A stretch of 11,584 nt of DNA from positions 1-11,584 of the forward strand of contig JAWXBZ010000250.1 in NCBI GenBank assembly GCA_034440375.1. The letters are read 5' to 3'. Shown piece by piece: positions 7,758-11,584 of the stretch. The DNA comes from Candidatus Eiseniibacteriota bacterium (lineage in GTDB: Bacteria > Eisenbacteria > RBG-16-71-46 > JABDJR01 > JAWXBZ01). The notes beneath the pieces are model-generated. The model was not told where the DNA came from and did not search any database. It saw nothing but the letters and a program-made list of their open reading frames with translations. The translations under genes and the position numbers were made by a program. Numbering within the stretch: position 1 is the stretch's first letter; every line of letters begins with the position of its first letter.

Positions 7758-8545
7758 ATCGAGATTTCGAACCGGAGACGCTCCGCTCGGCCACCAATCC
7801 CGCCCTGCAGCGGGTGCGGCTGGTCGCGTCGGGCAAGGACAAGAGCCTGATCCTGCTCGAGGGGGAGCGCCTGATCGACGAGGCGCATCGGGCGCACTTC
7901 GAGATCGAGAGCCTGTTCGTCGACGAGGAGCGGCCGGAACTGCAATTGCGCTGGCAGGCCGCCGGCCTTGAGCCGCGCCGCGTGGCGCGCGGTCTGCTCG
8001 AACGCCTTGGCACGCTCGCGCAATCGCCCGGTTGCCTGGCCCTGGCCCGCGTGCCACCCGAGCGCGAACTCGATGATCTCCTTTCAACCACGAAGACCGG
8101 GCTGGTGGTGGTCGCGGCGGGCATCGGCGATCCGGGCAACCTGGGCGCACTGGCGCGCAGCGCGGAAGCGGCCGGGGCCGGCGCGCTAATCGTGACACCC
8201 GGCGGGGCGAGTCCCTGGAATGAGAAGGCGCTCCGCGGCTCGATGGGGTCGCTGCTGCGCCTGCCGGTTGCGCGGCCACCGAGCGCGAGTGCGGCCGCCA
8301 GTGCGCTTGCGCGCCTGGGCTTCCGCCAGGTACGCGCTGCGACCCGGGGCGGACTGGACTACCGAAGCTTCGACTGGCGCGGGCGCCTCGTGCTGTGGCT
8401 CAGCAGCGAGACGGGTGCCCTGCCCCCGGAGGCCGAGGGTTTCGAAGGCGTGAGCATCCCGATGCTCGGCGCGACCGAGTCGCTCAACGTGGGCGCGGCG
8501 GCGGCCATCCTCTTGTTCACGGCCGCGACCTTCCGGTCGGGTTGA
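7754..8545 (+). CDS. TrmH/SpoU-family RNA 2'-O-ribose methyltransferase (SPOUT)
   Basis: N-terminal SATNPALQRVR...LLEGERLIDEA (SpoU substrate-binding domain). SPOUT motifs GIGDPGNLGALARSAEAAG, KALRGSMGS, SSETGAL, VSIPMLGATESLNVGAAAAILLF. GTG 7754 with GGAGG at 7736-7740. Confidence 0.93.
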   Translation: MNRDFEPETLRSATNPALQRVRLVASGKDKSLILLEGERLIDEAHRAHFEIESLFVDEERPELQLRWQAAGLEPRRVARGLLERLGTLAQSPGCLALARVPPERELDDLLSTTKTGLVVVAAGIGDPGNLGALARSAEAAGAGALIVTPGGASPWNEKALRGSMGSLLRLPVARPPSASAAASALARLGFRQVRAATRGGLDYRSFDWRGRLVLWLSSETGALPPEAEGFEGVSIPMLGATESLNVGAAAAILLFTAATFRSG

Positions 8546-8565
8546 CCGGTCGTTCCCCTGTTCGC

Positions 8566-9588
8566 CTACTGGATCGTCAACCCGTACCGTTCCGCCGCCG
8601 ACTTGATGATCTCACCGATCAGATCCGTGTAGGAGCGGCCGGTCTGCTTGACCGACAGAGACAACTCGGCCGTCGATAACAGGTAAGGATTCGGGTTGAC
8701 CTCCAGGACGAACGGTCGCTTCTTCTTGTCCAGCCGGAAGTCGATTCGGGCGTAGTCCCGCAGGCCCAGTGCCTGGAAGGCGGCGACGGCCGTTTCCTGG
8801 AGCAGCGTCACCGTCTTTTCGTCCAGATCGTCGGGCACCTTCGGCTGGGTATGTCGATACGCCTCGGTCGAGCGTTCCCACTTCACCTCGGTGCCGGCGA
8901 TCTTCGGCGTTCCTTCCGGGAGCTTCGACAGGTCCAGTTCGATCGGTGGGAGAGCCTCCGGTTTCCTGTTTCCAAGAACGCCAACATAGATTTCCCGCCC
9001 CTCGATGTACTCCTCGACCAGTACCGGCGTGTCGAACTCGGCGTGCAGCTCGTCGATCCGCGTCATCAGCTCCTTGATGCTTTCCACGTAGGCGCTGAAC
9101 GGGATGCCGATCGAGCCGTCCTCACGCGCCGGTTTCACGATCACGGGGAACTGGATGTCGTGGGCATGCTCCATCCGGCCGCGCCAGACGGTGGCGAAGT
9201 TCGGTGTCGGGATCTTGTGAAACTCGAAAATCTTCTTGGCCAGGACCTTGTCGGCGCCGGATGCCAGGCCAAGGCTTCCCGATCCGGTGAAGGGGCGACC
9301 CAGTAGTTCAAGATAGGCCGCAAGATTCATGTCCTTCGTGTCGTCGCCGGCCCATGACTCGGTCAGGTTGAAGATGAGGTCGACCTTGCGCCGGGCCACG
9401 GCATGCAGGCTCTCCACGGTGCCGTCCAGTCGAATGTACGTCGCGCTGTGACCGAGTTTCTTCAGCGCCTTGTGGACTTCGAGGACATCTTTTTCGGGGA
9501 GCTGGCGACGCGGCCGCTTGCCCGGCGTGGGTGTTTCGTCCTCGGCCCAGAAGTGTTCATACAGGACACCGATCCGCAGTCGAGCCAT
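8566..9588 (-). CDS. D-alanine-D-alanine ligase-like ATP-grasp enzyme (non-canonical)
   Basis: LELLGRPFTGSG...DKVLAKKIF, PVIVKPAREDGSIGI, LVEEYIEGREI, ARIDFRLD, LEVNPNP. AAGGA RBS at 9595-9599. It lacks the canonical Ddl N-terminal GGxSxE motif and has PNPY in place of TxPG. Confidence 0.88.
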   Translation of the reverse strand: MARLRIGVLYEHFWAEDETPTPGKRPRRQLPEKDVLEVHKALKKLGHSATYIRLDGTVESLHAVARRKVDLIFNLTESWAGDDTKDMNLAAYLELLGRPFTGSGSLGLASGADKVLAKKIFEFHKIPTPNFATVWRGRMEHAHDIQFPVIVKPAREDGSIGIPFSAYVESIKELMTRIDELHAEFDTPVLVEEYIEGREIYVGVLGNRKPEALPPIELDLSKLPEGTPKIAGTEVKWERSTEAYRHTQPKVPDDLDEKTVTLLQETAVAAFQALGLRDYARIDFRLDKKKRPFVLEVNPNPYLLSTAELSLSVKQTGRSYTDLIGEIIKSAAERYGLTIQ

Positions 9589-9628
9589 CAGCGTTCCTTC
9601 GCCACGGCGGGCAGGGGGGCGTGGGGCG

Positions 9629-10642
9629 TCATCGGATCTCGAAGCGCCCGCGATTGAGATAATTCATGGCCAGCGAGGTGCCGAAGGCCGTGAGATCGAT
9701 CAGGTACTGCGCCGCTTTCCTTGGGTCCGCCTCAAGTTCGAGCCGCCGACAGGTCGTCACCATCGATTCGACCAGTGTCTTGATCAACGGCCGGCGCACC
9801 CCGGTCCACTCGGTGATCTTGTCGATCAGGGCCAGCCGGTTTTCGACAATGACATCCGCCGCCGGCCGCTTGACCTTGCGAAGCGGATTCTTCCTGAGAA
9901 AAATGTCGGCCAGCTCCGTGTCCAGGATCACCTTCGGGGTCCTCTCATTCTGCTTCATGACGCGGTTGTAGAACTGCTCGACCGTCAGTTTCATGTCGGA
10001 AACGGTGATGTCGAAGTCCCCGCTGGGCATGGGGGGGTCGATACCCCGAACCTTCTTCACCAGGTCGTCCACGTACTTCAACTTGGTGATGGCCGGCCAA
10101 CCGGCATACTTCCGCTTCCAGTTCGAGCGGGGGGTCAACCAGACGGCAAATGTTTCGGCGAAGTCCTCGTCCGGGTGTTTCTGCCCGTACCAGCCGGCCA
10201 GGTGCCGGACGTACTTCCGGCTGAATGGGATCGGCCGGTAGTGATCGCGATAGGGGCGGTTCCACGACCCGAAGAGCCGGCGCCATTCCGGGGTCGTATA
10301 GATCTGGTAGGCGTAATTGAAGGCGTGCCCCGCCTCGTGGCGGAGATAGCGCATGATCTCGCGTTCGTCCTCGAGATCGTTCATCGCCTTTTCGAGTTTG
10401 GCCAGTTCCGGGTCGGCCAGGTAGAACGGGATGCCGATGACCGGCTGGCCGGAAGGACAACCCCACTCGTCGGTGAGGTAGCAGACGGGTCGAAAGCGGC
10501 TGAGACCCTTTCGCTCCAACTCCCGGTAGAGTTGACGGACGAACCGCTCGACGGGGGATCCCTCAAGTGTCAGTCCCAGCTGGCTGATGCGACGCGACAG
10601 GAGGTCGACATTGTGCGTTCGCGGGTGCTCGAAGCGGTCCAC
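9629..10642 (-). CDS. Putative zinc-binding (zincin-like, Peptidase_Mx-type) metallopeptidase
   Basis: HEAGH at 10325-10339, downstream HPDEDFAETFAVW at 10148-10177, and DEWGCP...IGIPFYLA. No signal peptide. GTG 10642 is preferred over TTG 10651 because of the promoter position. Confidence 0.85.
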   Translation of the reverse strand: MDRFEHPRTHNVDLLSRRISQLGLTLEGSPVERFVRQLYRELERKGLSRFRPVCYLTDEWGCPSGQPVIGIPFYLADPELAKLEKAMNDLEDEREIMRYLRHEAGHAFNYAYQIYTTPEWRRLFGSWNRPYRDHYRPIPFSRKYVRHLAGWYGQKHPDEDFAETFAVWLTPRSNWKRKYAGWPAITKLKYVDDLVKKVRGIDPPMPSGDFDITVSDMKLTVEQFYNRVMKQNERTPKVILDTELADIFLRKNPLRKVKRPAADVIVENRLALIDKITEWTGVRRPLIKTLVESMVTTCRRLELEADPRKAAQYLIDLTAFGTSLAMNYLNRGRFEIR

Positions 10643-10649
10643 GGTTGGC

Positions 10650-10678
10650 AAGTTACGCTCGGAAGCGCTTCATTTCAA
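10650..10678 (-). promoter_or_regulatory. Putative sigma70 promoter giving a leaderless transcript of the peptidase/ATP-grasp operon
   Basis: TTGAAA (10678-10673), N17, TAACTT (10655-10650), N7, GTG (10642). No SD present. Confidence 0.55.
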
Positions 10679-10780
10679 GGGACATACCGATTTTCCGCCC
10701 GGTTAAGTGCCGGCTCCGGCTGGCCGATAACGGAAACCACAACCCGTTCACCGGTGTGGGCTCCGCTCCGGTCGCTATAT

Positions 10781-10809
10781 TTGACAATTGCCAAGGTGGG
10801 TCCGACACT
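10781..10809 (+). promoter_or_regulatory. Putative sigma70 promoter for the Cys/His uORF and TolC-like gene
   Basis: Perfect TTGACA (10781-10786), N17, GACACT (10804-10809), N8, ATG 10818. An imperfect inverted repeat CCAAGGTG/CACTTGG (10791-10812) overlaps the spacer and -10. Confidence 0.5.
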
Positions 10810-10817
10810 TGGGAACA

Positions 10818-11270
10818 ATGAAAATCAGATCCATCTGGATAGCTCCGCCCCGTGCCTCGGTTCTGCTGGCCCTCGTCCTGGTATTCCTGACGGCCGGCAT
10901 TCGGCTCGGCGAGTGGACTCTCTGCCTGGAATCGGATGGCCGTGTTCACTCGGAGTCCGGCGGCGGTGATTGCGCCCAGGACGGTCGTGACCACGACGAC
11001 CATCAGGGGGACGAATCCCTGTCCTCCTCACGGGATGCCGCGGTTGCCGACTGTGACGGTTGCCTTGACATCACCGGACGCTCGCTCGCCCTGCGCCTGA
11101 AGAACGAATCGATCGATTCATCGTCCATCCACATCCTCCCGCTCGTCTCCTGTCTGCTGCCCGTTTCCGGCCCGGCATGGTCCGCCGTTCGGCTCACCGG
11201 CGATCCGGAGTCGGCAAGTCCTTCCCGCCTCATTTTCCGCGCCATCGACACCATCATTCTGACCTGCTGA
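10818..11270 (+). CDS. Small secreted/membrane-anchored Cys/His-containing protein (CzcI/DUF2946-like architecture), candidate regulatory uORF
   Basis: 150 aa with hydrophobic N-terminus (VLLALVLVFLTAG), LCLESDGRVH, DCAQDGRDHDDH, CDGC (CxxC, 11052-11063), a low-complexity Ser/Pro linker and C-terminus FRAIDTIILTC*. It sits directly upstream of a TolC-like gene. Confidence 0.7.
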   Translation: MKIRSIWIAPPRASVLLALVLVFLTAGIRLGEWTLCLESDGRVHSESGGGDCAQDGRDHDDHQGDESLSSSRDAAVADCDGCLDITGRSLALRLKNESIDSSSIHILPLVSCLLPVSGPAWSAVRLTGDPESASPSRLIFRAIDTIILTC

Positions 11271-11275
11271 GTCAC

Positions 11276-11361
11276 CCCGCGAATTCCTGAATTGATCTGA
11301 TCCCTGTCGCCTCGGGCTTGCCTGCCCGATGGCGAAAGATTCTTGATCCTTCACGCGGGAG
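11276..11361 (+). promoter_or_regulatory. Structured intergenic RNA: anti-SD/SD pairing plus central hairpin
   Basis: CCCGCG (11276-11281) is complementary to CGCGGG (11354-11359), which overlaps the GGGAG SD (11357-11361). There is an 11-bp hairpin TCGCC-TCGGGC/GCCCGA-(T)-GGCGA at 11307-11335. Confidence 0.45.
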
Positions 11362-11371
11362 TTGTCTCGAC

Positions 11372-11584
11372 ATGTCGTTGCGCGGTAACGCCACGCGGAC
11401 TGGCCTTCTGTCCGTATTCCTGGCTCTGTCAACAGCGGTGCCCTGGGTCCTGGCGCAAATGCCAACCCCGGTGACACGGGAACAATCAGCATGGACCGAT
11501 AAGCCCCCGCTCACCATCGGGGAGGCGCTGGAACGAACGCGGGCCTTCAGCCCGACACTGAAATCACGCGAGCTTCAAATGCTA
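11372..11584 (+). CDS. Probable TolC/CzcC-family outer membrane efflux protein, N-terminal 71 aa (runs off window; not in ORF track)
   Basis: GGGAG SD, then MSLRGNATRTGLLSVFLALSTAVPWVLAQ (signal peptide) and PLTIGEALERTRAFSPTLKSRELQML, matching the LTLxEAxxxAxxxxPxL start of outer membrane efflux proteins. Frame is open to the window end. Confidence 0.65.
   Translation, partial: MSLRGNATRTGLLSVFLALSTAVPWVLAQMPTPVTREQSAWTDKPPLTIGEALERTRAFSPTLKSRELQML

Noticed and set aside
7440-8279. N-terminal 280 aa of the 416-aa minus-strand ORF
   Set aside because: Antisense to trmH and low complexity. The real gene starts at ATG 7439 with a GGAGG RBS, its own promoter and a lipoprotein signal.
8566-9588. 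Calling this gene ddl or a van resistance ligase
   Set aside because: Canonical D-Ala subsite motifs are missing, and there is no mur/dcw or vanH/vanX context.
9470-10969. 499-aa plus-strand ORF
   Set aside because: Antisense shadow of the peptidase gene, with no recognisable motifs. Long shadow ORFs are expected at this GC content.
11307-11345. Hairpin as an intrinsic terminator
   Set aside because: It is followed by AAGATTCTTG rather than a U-run. Treated as part of a structured leader instead.
1-11584. CRISPR arrays, tRNA/rRNA genes, transposases or phage genes
   Set aside because: I saw no regularly spaced repeats, cloverleaf or rRNA signatures, or mobile-element protein motifs on reading.

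Overview
High-GC bacterial chromosomal window. The C-terminal FlgD-Ig/T9SS-like sorting domain on the large protease suggests an FCB-superphylum organism, for example an Eisenbacteria/Krumholzibacteria-like lineage (inference). In order it contains: the 3' end of polyphosphate kinase ppk1; a 1544-aa secreted multidomain thermolysin/fungalysin-like (M4/M36) metalloprotease; a PaaI-type thioesterase divergent from an exported DinB-family protein; a DUF6174-like lipoprotein apparently split by a -1 frameshift; a short possibly chimeric ORF coupled to a GC-rich TrmH/SpoU methyltransferase; a two-gene operon of a zincin metallopeptidase plus a divergent D-Ala-D-Ala-ligase-like ATP-grasp enzyme; and a Cys/His-bearing secreted-type small ORF followed by a structured 101-nt spacer and the start of a TolC/CzcC-like outer membrane gene. 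The most interesting items are (1) a candidate metal-sensing uORF/translational-attenuation module lacking the known RAPP arrest motif, (2) the peptidase/ATP-grasp pair, (3) the split lipoprotein and (4) several apparently leaderless promoters. No rRNA, tRNA, CRISPR array or mobile element was recognised. Family assignments come from motif recognition, not database searches.
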